From contig OZ244732.1 in NCBI GenBank assembly GCA_965219345.1, positions 320,001 through 384,000 of the forward strand: a stretch of 64,000 nucleotides of DNA. The letters are read 5' to 3'. The position numbers were made by a program, and so were the translations under genes. This DNA comes from Nitrosopumilus sp. Its GTDB lineage: Archaea; Thermoproteota; Nitrososphaeria; Nitrososphaerales; Nitrosopumilaceae. The notes under the pieces are model-generated. The model had not been told where the DNA came from. It was given only the letters and a program-made list of their open reading frames with translations, and did not search any database. This document shows positions 10,282 to 19,450 of the stretch, in pieces (position 1 is the stretch's first letter; each line of letters starts with the position of its first letter).

Positions 10282-10328
10282 TTTACCTTAAAGGTAATGC
10301 ATATGTTATGGATTGCCTTTAAGGTAAA
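10282..10328. promoter_or_regulatory. Double palindromic operator (17-bp inverted repeat) in divergent promoter
   Basis: TTTACCTTAAAGGTAAT (10282-10298) and ATTGCCTTTAAGGTAAA (10312-10328), 1 mismatch; each arm is itself palindromic. Confidence 0.6.
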
Positions 10329-10329
10329 T

Positions 10330-10412
10330 ATGAAATATGCAATGATGAAAAATAAAATCAGAGGCATGGGAGTGCCAATGATGGACTTGTTACGAACTGA
10401 GCATACTTTCAT
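10330..10412 (+). ncRNA. C/D-box guide sRNA, predicted target 16S rRNA U1498 (E. coli numbering)
   Basis: C box ATGATGA 10342-48; D' CAGA 10359-62; GGCAT-GGGA-GTGCC hairpin; C' ATGATGG 10378-84; 12-nt guide ACTTGTTACGAA; D box CTGA 10397-400; terminal stem ATGAAATATGC/GCATACTTTCAT. Confidence 0.8.
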
Positions 10413-10442
10413 CTCCCACTTTATAATTTTTGAGGTATTACC

Positions 10443-11623
10443 ATGAACGCAAGACACAGAGAGCCAAACAGTAAGCGGTAGGTGAAGCATCATTCTTTCT
10501 GATTAACTCTAAAGCAACCTTGACGTGCTTGCAGTCGGATTTTCTTTCCTGGTGATCCGAACACTCACAGACCAGACCGTTATCACTTCTTGAAATTATG
10601 TATGATTTTGTAGGATCGGTTTGTGATTTTATTTTGATTTTGTTGTTTCCAATGAACTTTGCAAAGTCTGATAATTCCATAACCTGTTTGGCTCTCTGTG
10701 TTCCTGCGTTCATAGATACTTGTTTACGTGGCAACACTTGGTGGTCAAAAGCAGGCATTCAGAATCATGGAAAGATCACTGATCAGGGTCTGCAAGTCCT
10801 GTGATTCAGGCAGTATTGTCAAAGCTGGACTAGAGAAAGATAAGAACAGGACTTTGCAGAGATTCAAGTGTCAGGACTGCAAGAAAGGATTTGCCACTAA
10901 TTTTGGATTTGAAAAGGTGAGGTCAAAAGATGTTATCGTAACTAGAGCCTTACAAATGTATTATCAAGGATTGAGTGTCAGAGATATTGCAGATAACCTT
11001 GAACAAGAAGGAATTGAAATATCCCACATGACAATATACAGATGGATTGACAAATATTCCAAACTAACTTCAAAATATCTCAATGGTATAGTTCCAAGAG
11101 TAGGCAACTGGTTCAGGGCAGACGAGGTATGGGTAAAGATTGCAGGAAAGCAGAATTACCTGTTTGCCTCAATGGATGATGATACCGAGTATTGGCTGGC
11201 TTCTGATATTGCAGAAACTAAATTCCAGCATAATGCAGACAACTTATTACAGTTAACCAAAATACAAGCAGGAAAGAATCCTAGAAGTTTCATTACTGAT
11301 GGATTACAAGCCTACAAGAAATCAAGTAAGTCTTTGGTACAAAAACTAACCACGTCAGACATATTTACATTCAAAGAGACATGAACAATAACAAGATGGA
11401 AAGATTGAACGGTGAAATCAGGGACAGGGAAAAAGTCTTCAGAGGCTTGAAAAGAATGGACACAGGCATTTTAGATGGCATGAGAGTTTACTATAATTTT
11501 ACAAAGAAACACGGAGCCTTGAAAGGCAAGACTCCTGCACAGGCCTCAATGATCGAAGTGGATGGTTTGAACAAGTGGAAGACCATAATTCAAAACGCCT
11601 CGTTAAGCAAGGATTCTCAATAG
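10443..11623 (+). pseudogene. IS6-family DDE transposase with N-terminal SWIM and IS1-like zinc ribbon; SWIM part inverted, frameshift near 11330
   Basis: CKSCDS..CQDCKK; HTH; WFRADEVWVKIAG; FITDGL; NNNKMERLNGEIRDREK in a second frame; SWIM (CECSDH..CKH) encoded on minus strand ~10488-10713. Confidence 0.85.
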
Positions 11624-11711
11624 ACACAAAAATCAATTTGAATAAAATTCATATTTCATGTCCATATCCCCATAACGTTACAGAACCCTTGATCGATATG
11701 GTTATTTACCA

Positions 11712-11722
11712 CCCCCCCCCCC
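11712..11722 (+). repeat. Poly-C (11) tract just upstream of the cargo gene start
   Basis: TTATTTACCA-C11-GTAGATAGTAAGTG. Confidence 0.8.
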
Positions 11723-11733
11723 GTAGATAGTAA

Positions 11734-13086
11734 GTGACACTAAAAGAGAGAGACAGCACTATTGCGGCAGTCCTGATGGCTGTAGCGATAGCAGCAACAA
11801 TGACTGCAGGCTACTATGCGTATGGCCAGTCAGTCAATGATGCTGACGTGGAGATTCTTCCAACACTGAGATACGATGTCGAATATGGTACGATTGCCCA
11901 TGATCTGTCCCTGGTAACAGAACGAGTTAACTTTATTCCTATACTTCATAATGCTATTGGTTACAATGTCACTGGAAATCCCTGGATTGCCGTATTTCCC
12001 GACCCCCTGACCACTGAAGAGGGCGGCAGCCTTGTGGCATCCGGAGATCCCATAAAACCGTACGATTACAGCAATGACGCTAATCCCGAACTTGCCATAA
12101 CCTGTAATACGAATGACTTTGGCCACGACCCCACAATGCTTGCCGAATTTGACTACATCCCCGGTGCCACATATACGGGCATCGATACGTTTGACATTGT
12201 CATAAAAGAGTTCACCTATACCGGTAATGCCGGGAATGCGACCTGTACTACTACCGGGGCAACCAAGACCATACCCGTGGAGATTACGGTAGGTGAAAAG
12301 CCATCCGTAACGTTCAGGGATGACTTTACAAAGTTCTCCAACAGTTCCGGCGTAGTCGTGCTTGACCGTGATGATGACCTGATTGGTTTGCAACCTCCCG
12401 GTGATGGCTTCTTCGACTTCGCGGTTCCATTTCCCTCCTTTGATCTCCCTGTAAGTAATGCAATAGTCGGACTTGACCTTCCTGAGACGACAGATGACGG
12501 ATCAGCCATAACTCCCGTAACCTTGGAAAATGGTACCAAATATTATGTCATCAGAGGCGTGTTTAGTAATGACTCTTTTTCATACAATGCGACTGCCAGT
12601 CTGCCTTACGGTACCGTTGCTGCAAACGGCACTATCGTAGGGTCCCTAAACGAGATTGCATCAAAAACAATTGACGTCACGCTGGATGCCTCTGGCGCTA
12701 CTGATGTTCCTATATGCTCAGCTGACATAATATCAGGTGATCTGGACTTTGGCAGCCTGGCATATGGCGATATTTCGGATACAAAGAGAATTGTATCCAA
12801 GAATACTGGCACTACTTATGCTGTTATGTTAATATCTGGCACTGACTGGCTGGACAGTCATGATACCCCAATCATGGATGTGGGGCAGACAAGGTACACT
12901 GATGACCTGGACTTTGCATACGCGAATATACTATCAATATCTGAAACAGACACAGTGTTTACCAGTTTTGTCATTCCTGACAATGAAAGAGTCCTCTGGC
13001 TGCAAGTTCAAATTGGTGGCGACATCAGTCCAGACTTTACAGGTCAGATTACACAGACTGTGACTATATCTGTGTTCTGTCCCTAG
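11734..13086 (+). CDS. Secreted beta-rich surface protein with Ig/cadherin-like domain
   Basis: N-terminal hydrophobic segment; FDYIPGATYTGIDTFDIVI (Ig/Big-like); Thr/Asp/Gly-rich; codon usage unlike host genes. Confidence 0.75.
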   Translation: MTLKERDSTIAAVLMAVAIAATMTAGYYAYGQSVNDADVEILPTLRYDVEYGTIAHDLSLVTERVNFIPILHNAIGYNVTGNPWIAVFPDPLTTEEGGSLVASGDPIKPYDYSNDANPELAITCNTNDFGHDPTMLAEFDYIPGATYTGIDTFDIVIKEFTYTGNAGNATCTTTGATKTIPVEITVGEKPSVTFRDDFTKFSNSSGVVVLDRDDDLIGLQPPGDGFFDFAVPFPSFDLPVSNAIVGLDLPETTDDGSAITPVTLENGTKYYVIRGVFSNDSFSYNATASLPYGTVAANGTIVGSLNEIASKTIDVTLDASGATDVPICSADIISGDLDFGSLAYGDISDTKRIVSKNTGTTYAVMLISGTDWLDSHDTPIMDVGQTRYTDDLDFAYANILSISETDTVFTSFVIPDNERVLWLQVQIGGDISPDFTGQITQTVTISVFCP

Positions 13087-13366
13087 CCTTTCTTATTTAT
13101 TTTGTAAAAATCCGTCATTGTGAATTAAAAGGGATGCCGGCTGCGTAGCCATTGTCTCTGGCATCATTATGTATCGGCCTTCGCTACTGCTGCTGTTGCT
13201 GCTGCTGCTGCCACACGGTACAGTGGTGATTTTCCATTGGATGAAAGGCCGCAGCGGGGATTCCCGGCATCAAAGACTATTGGCATGGATTGCTGACTTG
13301 CAATGCTTGTTACTGTTTACCCACCATGTAGACTCTGGCATCTGCTATTGGCTTATCTGCTACCTT

Positions 13367-13816
13367 GCAGCAGAAAGAAAGGGCAGAAAATAGATAGGCT
13401 GCGACATATCAGAGAGGACCTATTTGCTGATTGAGCAAAGGCTCAGGAAAGATGCAGGGATTGCCAAGTTTATCATAGGGGCATCGGATATGGTGATGCC
13501 GGAGACCGTAAGGGTCAGGAAAGATGCAGGGATTGCCAAGTTTATCACAGATGCGGGTAAAGTCATACAACGAACGGACATACCAAAAAGAAAAGGCGTT
13601 AGATCCAAAAACATCAAGCACGTCTTGTATGGTATTCAGCAGGGGTATTGCAATGGTTGCAAATACCACTGCCAGTTCAAGGATCTTGAGGTTGACCATA
13701 TAGTACCCAGAATAAAAGGCGGGCTTGATGATGACAAGAACCTCCAGCTGCTTTGTGGCAATTGCAACAGGAGAAAGGGGGCAAGCTTACAATGTCCGAA
13801 CTGCATGCACTGTTAA
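13367..13816 (+). pseudogene. 3' remnant of DNA methyltransferase-HNH endonuclease fusion
   Basis: AAERKGRK*IGCDIS (MTase C-terminal motif, TAG at 13391-93) then CNGC..EVDHIVPRIKGG..NLQLLCGNCNRRKG. Confidence 0.8.
13443..13547. repeat. 33-bp perfect direct repeat pair (36 bp with 1 mismatch) separated by 39 bp of unique sequence
   Basis: TCAGGAAAGATGCAGGGATTGCCAAGTTTATCA at 13443-13475 and 13515-13547. Confidence 0.95.
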
Positions 13817-14077
13817 TCAGTGAAGGCATGAAGTTTGGCAAAGGTAGATCCAATTAGTAAATTTTAGACATGAATTTGATTTTGGAGAAGTTCCATATCT
13901 CACCACCCGAAGATGCAACAGAACCAGATTTAGTTAATCTTATATTGCTATTTTTGTAAACTTAATACAGTCATATGCGGATTGTCTCCTCATTTGACTA
14001 AATTGTCTGGCTAGAGGCAAAACTCTGTGAAAGCTCGTCAGGCTTCATTTTATATTAAACAGCATCTTGGTATAACC

Positions 14078-14162
14078 GCAGATGTAGCTCAGCCAGGTAG
14101 AGCGATTGCCTTCTAAGCAACAGACTTTCACAGGTTCGTAAGTTCAAATCCCGCCATCTGCG
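14078..14162 (+). tRNA. Degenerate tRNA-Arg(TCT)-like gene/pseudogene
   Basis: Acceptor GCAGATG/CATCTGC, D arm GCTC..GAGC, anticodon loop CTTCTAA, T loop TTCAAAT; T stem mismatched, expanded variable region; TATA-like TTTATATT ~25 bp upstream. Confidence 0.6.
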
Positions 14163-14193
14163 CCTCCTAGCACCCAACAACGTTACAGAACCC

Positions 14194-15792
14194 AAATTAT
14201 ACATTTCAGCGAAGAAAATCTCATTCTAATGTTGCCTCTCAATACATTCAACACGATTATGACCTTGCAACTATGCAATCTGATTTTGAAGAATTACTAA
14301 ACAAATTCTCAGATGATTATAAGATAGTTTTTATCATTGATGAACTTGATAAATTAAAAAACCAAGTGGATTTTGTACTAGCTATTAAAATGCTGATTAA
14401 TCAAAGCAATGCACGATACATCTTCATTTCTGACCCAACTATGTTGCCCGCAATCACCGTGCCCAAATCTAAAGAATCCACACTTTTCTCTCAATACCTC
14501 TTCTTAAAACACCCAACATTTGATGAAATAGACGAATTTCTAAACGAGATTATAAGCGATACGAATTTTGATACAAATGATTCAGATTTCGAAATTTTTA
14601 AGAAATTTTTATTGTTTGAATCCCGTTCTCATTTCTTTTCATTATACGCAGTAATTCGAGATCATGTACACAAAACTACTGGTGATGGAAAGCCAGTACT
14701 TGAATTTGAAACCAATCAAAGTATAACAATTAAAGCAAACCTCCAAAAATCTATTGAATGGATATATGATAGGCGTAAATCACCTTATAATTCCCAGTGG
14801 GAAGAAAACAATACTCTTCTTACACATTTGTATGAAATTGCCCACGAGTTGACTGCAACTCCCACTGGAACAAATTTTACTGTTGAACGTGGTTCTGTAA
14901 AGCTTGGAAGAGACATATCTCTACTGGTGCAACATTGACGATGCAAACTGCTTGTTCTGACTTTTTGCAATTCCTAGTCCCACAGGGCTATATTAAAAGC
15001 ATTCAAGAAAATAATACCTATTCAACAGTAGGAGAATTCAATAAATTCAATCCTAAACCAGGAGGCATATTTATCAAAGAACAAAAAGTCTTTGCAAAAC
15101 ACTATGAAGAATTAATTGAACTGGCAATTAATTTTGTAAATATCTTTAATTATTATCATAATGAAGCTGGAACAGTTTTCGATTTAGACAACATACATTC
15201 AAAGTGGGAGGATGCATAGAATATCAATGGCCATATTCCTTTTAATTCCTACGCTGCATGTCGCGACATGTATCTAAATATCAAAAAAGATTCTTCAGCA
15301 TACTATACATTAGCAGAGCTACAGCCTAAAATCTCAGAATTGCAAAATTTTTCATCAGAGTTACAAAATAATTTGTCAAACATAATGTACACGGTATTAT
15401 CTAAACAAATACCACATGTTGGTTATTCAATTTATCCCGATACCAATTCTAGCCCCATATTGAATTCCATAGGAATGCCTAATAGAAATTGTAATCATTT
15501 TGTAATGGATTTTTCATCTGCCAAGCCTTTAAAAATAGACCGAGCCGTTTTTGTGATAAATCCAGATTTGGATTTGCCTAGATTGATCAAAAACTCTTCA
15601 TTACAGAAAACATTAGTGATTTTCTTATCAAAAAAACCGTTTCCTGTTTCACATATCCATTCATCAGTAACAAAATTAAAACAGGCATTAAAAGCACGTG
15701 AATCGTCAAATTATTATCTGAAGATGAAAATCCCAATTGATTTCAATGAGTTTGACAATCTAATTTCAATCATAACTACTATAAGCACCTAA
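14194..15792 (+). pseudogene. 5'-truncated, frameshifted KAP-like P-loop NTPase
   Basis: Walker B IVFIIDELDKL without Walker A; three consecutive ORF pieces; starts right at the IS6 end. Confidence 0.7.
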
Positions 15793-15948
15793 CTTAACAC
15801 CAAAAGCGCCTAAATTAACAGGCGTGTGAAAAGTGATGGAGATTGAACAGAGTGAAAAATTGTACAAGAATATAACACAAGGAAACAGATCGATAAAATT
15901 GCTCTAGATTTTTTTAATTATATGTTTTGGTTTAATATGAATTCCTTT

Positions 15949-16332
15949 CTAAAATTTTACTTTCCATAATTCACTTAATTTATTTCTCATTGATTGAAGT
16001 TCTTCAATTCCTTTTATTTCATTATTAATTAAGATGTCAAGTGCCTTCTCAAATTCAATTCCCTCAAATTTTGTGGGATTACCAGAATTAATGATGACTA
16101 TTCCTTTATTTTGTAATTCATTCAATAAATGATAAGTTTGGGTCCTAGGAATTTTTTGACTTAGAGCAATTGTTTTTGCTTTTGTTGATCCGTTCCTATT
16201 AAGATAGGCGTATACCTTTGATTCATTTTTTGTTAATCCCAATTTCCTTGGGATCTCTTGTACTGAATTTGAAATCTTTGCAGATCTATCAATATTGTCA
16301 TCATCTAACTTTGAGACGTTCATTATTTGCAT
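15949..16332 (-). CDS. TrmB-family HTH transcriptional regulator
   Basis: LGLTKNESKVYAYL..IPRTQTYHLLNELQNKGIV. Confidence 0.85.
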   Translation of the reverse strand: MQIMNVSKLDDDNIDRSAKISNSVQEIPRKLGLTKNESKVYAYLNRNGSTKAKTIALSQKIPRTQTYHLLNELQNKGIVIINSGNPTKFEGIEFEKALDILINNEIKGIEELQSMRNKLSELWKVKF

Positions 16333-17416
16333 GATTAGTGTAAGTTAGATTTTGACATAAAGATCATGGAATTTTATGCGTAAGATCGGATCCAAAATGG
16401 AAAATGCCCAATATTGGCACTATTCAAAGCCATAGGAATTTGAGCAGAAATGCCTGAAACACAGACAAGATCAAACAGTCCATATCATATGTAAACAATA
16501 TAGATGAATGAACAAATAATGAAATTTATACAAAAAAACACACAGATGTTAGTTTGTTATTGGATCTAGTTTATTATTGAATTTAGCATAATGTTAATGA
16601 AGACTGAGGCAACATATTCCCCCAGAATATTCCACTATCGTGTTGCGTGGTACCGGCTCTTTCGTATTACGTAAAGGATGGTTACAATTCTTCAGTCTTC
16701 TAAATTTCTTTAATGTTTACTAAAAGAAGATATACCTGATTTTGGACATTCTAATTATGAAACCACAAGAAATCACCAACATCTTTTATGGCATTCTTGG
16801 AATAGGGATTCTGATATACGCAATAAATCATATTTCAACATGAACATTCATTGGCCTATAGTCAATTAATCAAACCACTTGAAAATTATAACTAATGCTA
16901 CTACTCCCAGCATTACTGGTAGAAAAAACCATGGAAGATTCCTAGGCTTCACAGAAGAGAATATAGAATCTTTTGTTGTATCTGGTTTCATACCATTATT
17001 TAGTAAGAATAATCTTTAACATTTTCTAAACTCTTTTTGTTTTCACTATAACCTAGTCTTTCAGCATTAATCTTTCCCGGTAATTATTCTCATGATTTGT
17101 AATATGTTAGGGTGTAATACTGAAGCTTATACTCAGGTTATGTTCTACCACTTTGAAGAGTGGAGTCGAAATTCCTACTGTAAACAAATCATGAGGTTTT
17201 GTGTTAACCATACTAAATTGATTTGTAGGAATAGGAGTTTTGTCAGGATTCAGGCGTTAAATTGAGAGAGATTGAGGTTAGAGTCAAGGACATAGACTAT
17301 TTTGATTTTCTCTCTATTTGTATCGAAGAGGAACTCTCAGTGGAAAATAAACTCAAAAATATCATTCGATATCATTTGATAACTTATGGAAATAGAAGAA
17401 AAAGAAGAATGAGAAA

Positions 17417-18094
17417 TTACTTTGATTTTTGGTAAATTCTGGGTCGGTTGTTTCTTTCAGTTTTTATAGAAAGACAATCAGGACACAAACCTTGGCAATT
17501 ATTTAGATCATTATTACTTTTATCCCCATCAAAATAGTCATATTTCCACTTCGGAGGTGAAGTAAAGCACATATTGCATTTATCATATTGTCTGTTTCTT
17601 ACTTGTTCTTTCTGAATACTAGTCCAACCTCGTCTTTGAAAAATTTCTAATTTTATCTTCTTTGAAAGTACACCAATAATACTACCAACAATTCCAATTA
17701 AAGCAAGTGTGATGATTCCAATAATTGTAGTTTGGTCATCATTAAGGATTATTTCTTCTGTTTCTGGAATAGTTATCCAGGAATCTGATTTAGTTTTCTC
17801 TGAATCCAAATCAATAATAATTGCTGATTCAGGTTTTAGAATTTGGTTGGTTAGAATATCTCTACATGCTTCATTTCCTTGATTATCCAAACCGTGGTAA
17901 GCACCTTTTGGACAGTCAAATTTAACAAGATCAGATTGAGCAAATGCTTCTACGACAAAGTATGAAAAACAACTTGCAATAAGTAATGACAGACCAAGAA
18001 TAATCGCTACTCTGTCCATTCTCTTCTGAGACTTTTCAAGGATTTTCTGTGATTTCTCATCAAACTTCATACAGGTGGCCATTTCTACCAACAA
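17417..18094 (-). CDS. Membrane-anchored protein with degenerate HNH-like C-terminal domain
   Basis: Two hydrophobic segments; CNMC...DGDKSNNDLNNCQGLCPDC. Confidence 0.7.
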   Translation of the reverse strand: MLVEMATCMKFDEKSQKILEKSQKRMDRVAIILGLSLLIASCFSYFVVEAFAQSDLVKFDCPKGAYHGLDNQGNEACRDILTNQILKPESAIIIDLDSEKTKSDSWITIPETEEIILNDDQTTIIGIITLALIGIVGSIIGVLSKKIKLEIFQRRGWTSIQKEQVRNRQYDKCNMCFTSPPKWKYDYFDGDKSNNDLNNCQGLCPDCLSIKTERNNRPRIYQKSK

Positions 18095-18151
18095 TTTATA
18101 CCTATTGGTAATGAATGGTAATGATAGGTTACAAATGCCAATGTTTATAAA

Positions 18152-18451
18152 ATGAGGCCAATTGCACTCCTCATGGGTTCGTATGGGGCTAGATGCAGAC
18201 TGTGTCAGATCTACTAGTAGCTACAGAGCAGTCAGGACTAGGGAATCAAGACAGCACATCTTCTGACAAAAGCAAATCTCTCACATTCAAGATTAACAAA
18301 ATTTATTGAAAATTTGACAGGTGCTGGTTTGATAAACAAAATTGAATTCGATGGAAAAAATACCTCTGTGATTACACCAAAGGGTAAGCAATACTTGGAG
18401 TCATATGAAAAATTCTCTAATTTAGCTGGATCATTTGGATTAGAACTCTAA
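18152..18451 (+). pseudogene. Winged-helix regulator remnant
   Basis: HLLTKANLSHSRLTKFIENLTGAGLINKIEFDGK..ITPKGKQYL; 5' end scrambled/frameshifted. Confidence 0.7.
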
Positions 18452-18630
18452 ATCATTCTAAACTCTTTTTGTTTTTCTAAAAATGACCAAAATGGACTAG
18501 AAAATATAAGGAAAATTCCACTCTTCTTATGTTTCAAACTCATATAGTTAATGTACGAACGTCCTAATTCGTAAAGAATATTCGTTGGACAGAATAGAGC
18601 GTGTTTCAACGATGGCCTTTTTTCATATAA

Positions 18631-18795
18631 TCAAGTATATTGATTATGTAACCATTCGTGAATTGTGATTTTTGGCATTATACATGGTGTTGTGATACAG
18701 TTGAATGTTTCAAATTCATCTATTAACGGAACAAAAAATATTACAATTAATGCAAAAATTACAGTTCCAATGATAATTACTATATTTCTGTTCAT
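18631..18795 (-). CDS. Small membrane protein with CITTPC motif
   Basis: 55-codon ORF MNRNIVIIIGTVIFALIVIFFVP...CITTPC directly downstream of the DedA gene. Confidence 0.6.
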   Translation of the reverse strand: MNRNIVIIIGTVIFALIVIFFVPLIDEFETFNCITTPCIMPKITIHEWLHNQYT

Positions 18796-18797
18796 AA

Positions 18798-19331
18798 TCA
18801 AAGCCCCATGGCTTCACCAAAGTAATATCCAGACAGAATTGTTCCAGCGGACCAAATACAGGAACCCGCAAATGTGTACATTACAAACTTTGGAATTCTC
18901 ATTTTTAGCAGCCCCGCTGGAACTGAAATCATTTCTCTCATTACTGGAATCATTCTCCCTACAAAAACAGCTTTATCTCCATATTTTTCAAACCAGATCT
19001 CAACTCGTTCGAGTTTTTTTTCTGATACCTTGACATTTTTTAGATAACGAAGTAAAACTACTCTTCCAAGTTTTAGTGCTATAAAATAAATTGCTGAAGT
19101 TCCAATGGTAGCGCCAATTCCACCAAGAATAATCATAGGGATTACACCAATTAATGATATCCCTTGTTGTGATGCCAAGAATCCTGCTGTTGGAAATATA
19201 GCAAGAGTAGGGATTGGCGGAATTATTGTTTCAATTAAGGCAGCTAAAAAGATTCCTTCGTAGAGATGTTCACCTAAAAATTCCGTGACCCATACCAAAA
19301 ACGAATCAAATGGTTCCATTTCTTCTGGCAA
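18798..19331 (-). CDS. DedA family membrane protein
   Basis: ETIIPPIPT..WFEKYG..VFVGRMIPVMR. Confidence 0.9.
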   Translation of the reverse strand: MPEEMEPFDSFLVWVTEFLGEHLYEGIFLAALIETIIPPIPTLAIFPTAGFLASQQGISLIGVIPMIILGGIGATIGTSAIYFIALKLGRVVLLRYLKNVKVSEKKLERVEIWFEKYGDKAVFVGRMIPVMREMISVPAGLLKMRIPKFVMYTFAGSCIWSAGTILSGYYFGEAMGL

Positions 19332-19450
19332 TTAGATCCTACTAAATTACCTTGTGGGTAGAAACTCATACAGATTAGTTATATTTTATGCCTAAGGATT
19401 GGGGTTTAATTTGGTAAATTTGATATATACTAATTTCATATGGCACAATC

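Larger units (their letters stand above)
9962..11687 (+). mobile_element. IS6-family insertion sequence (defective) with 54-bp imperfect terminal inverted repeats
   Basis: GGTTCTGTAAC-N20-AAATATGAATTTT(C/A)TTCAAATTG at 9962-10015 and inverted at 11634-11687; DDE transposase inside; GGTTCTGT ends typical of IS6/IS257. Confidence 0.85.
9962..14192. mobile_element. IS6-bounded composite cargo island
   Basis: Additional IS6-type ends at 10041 (+), 13925 (-) and 14192 (-); cargo visibly GC-richer than flanks; gene right of 14192 is 5'-truncated. Confidence 0.65.

Noticed and set aside
10101-10493. 130-aa and 71-aa ORFs spanning the C/D sRNA
   Set aside because: Only the 3' 48 codons look protein-like (zinc ribbon); the rest overlaps the operator and sRNA.
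13169-13366. CTG-repeat poly-Leu ORF
   Set aside because: Short low-complexity tract in rearranged DNA with no recognisable product.
14078-14162. Amber suppressor tRNA (CTA in loop)
   Set aside because: Stem TTGC/GCAA fixes the loop as CTTCTAA with anticodon TCT; a CTA register has no supporting stem.
17024-18474. 19-bp direct repeat TTCTAAACTCTTTTTGTTT as element boundary
   Set aside because: Low-complexity, terminator-like, and no mobility gene between the copies.
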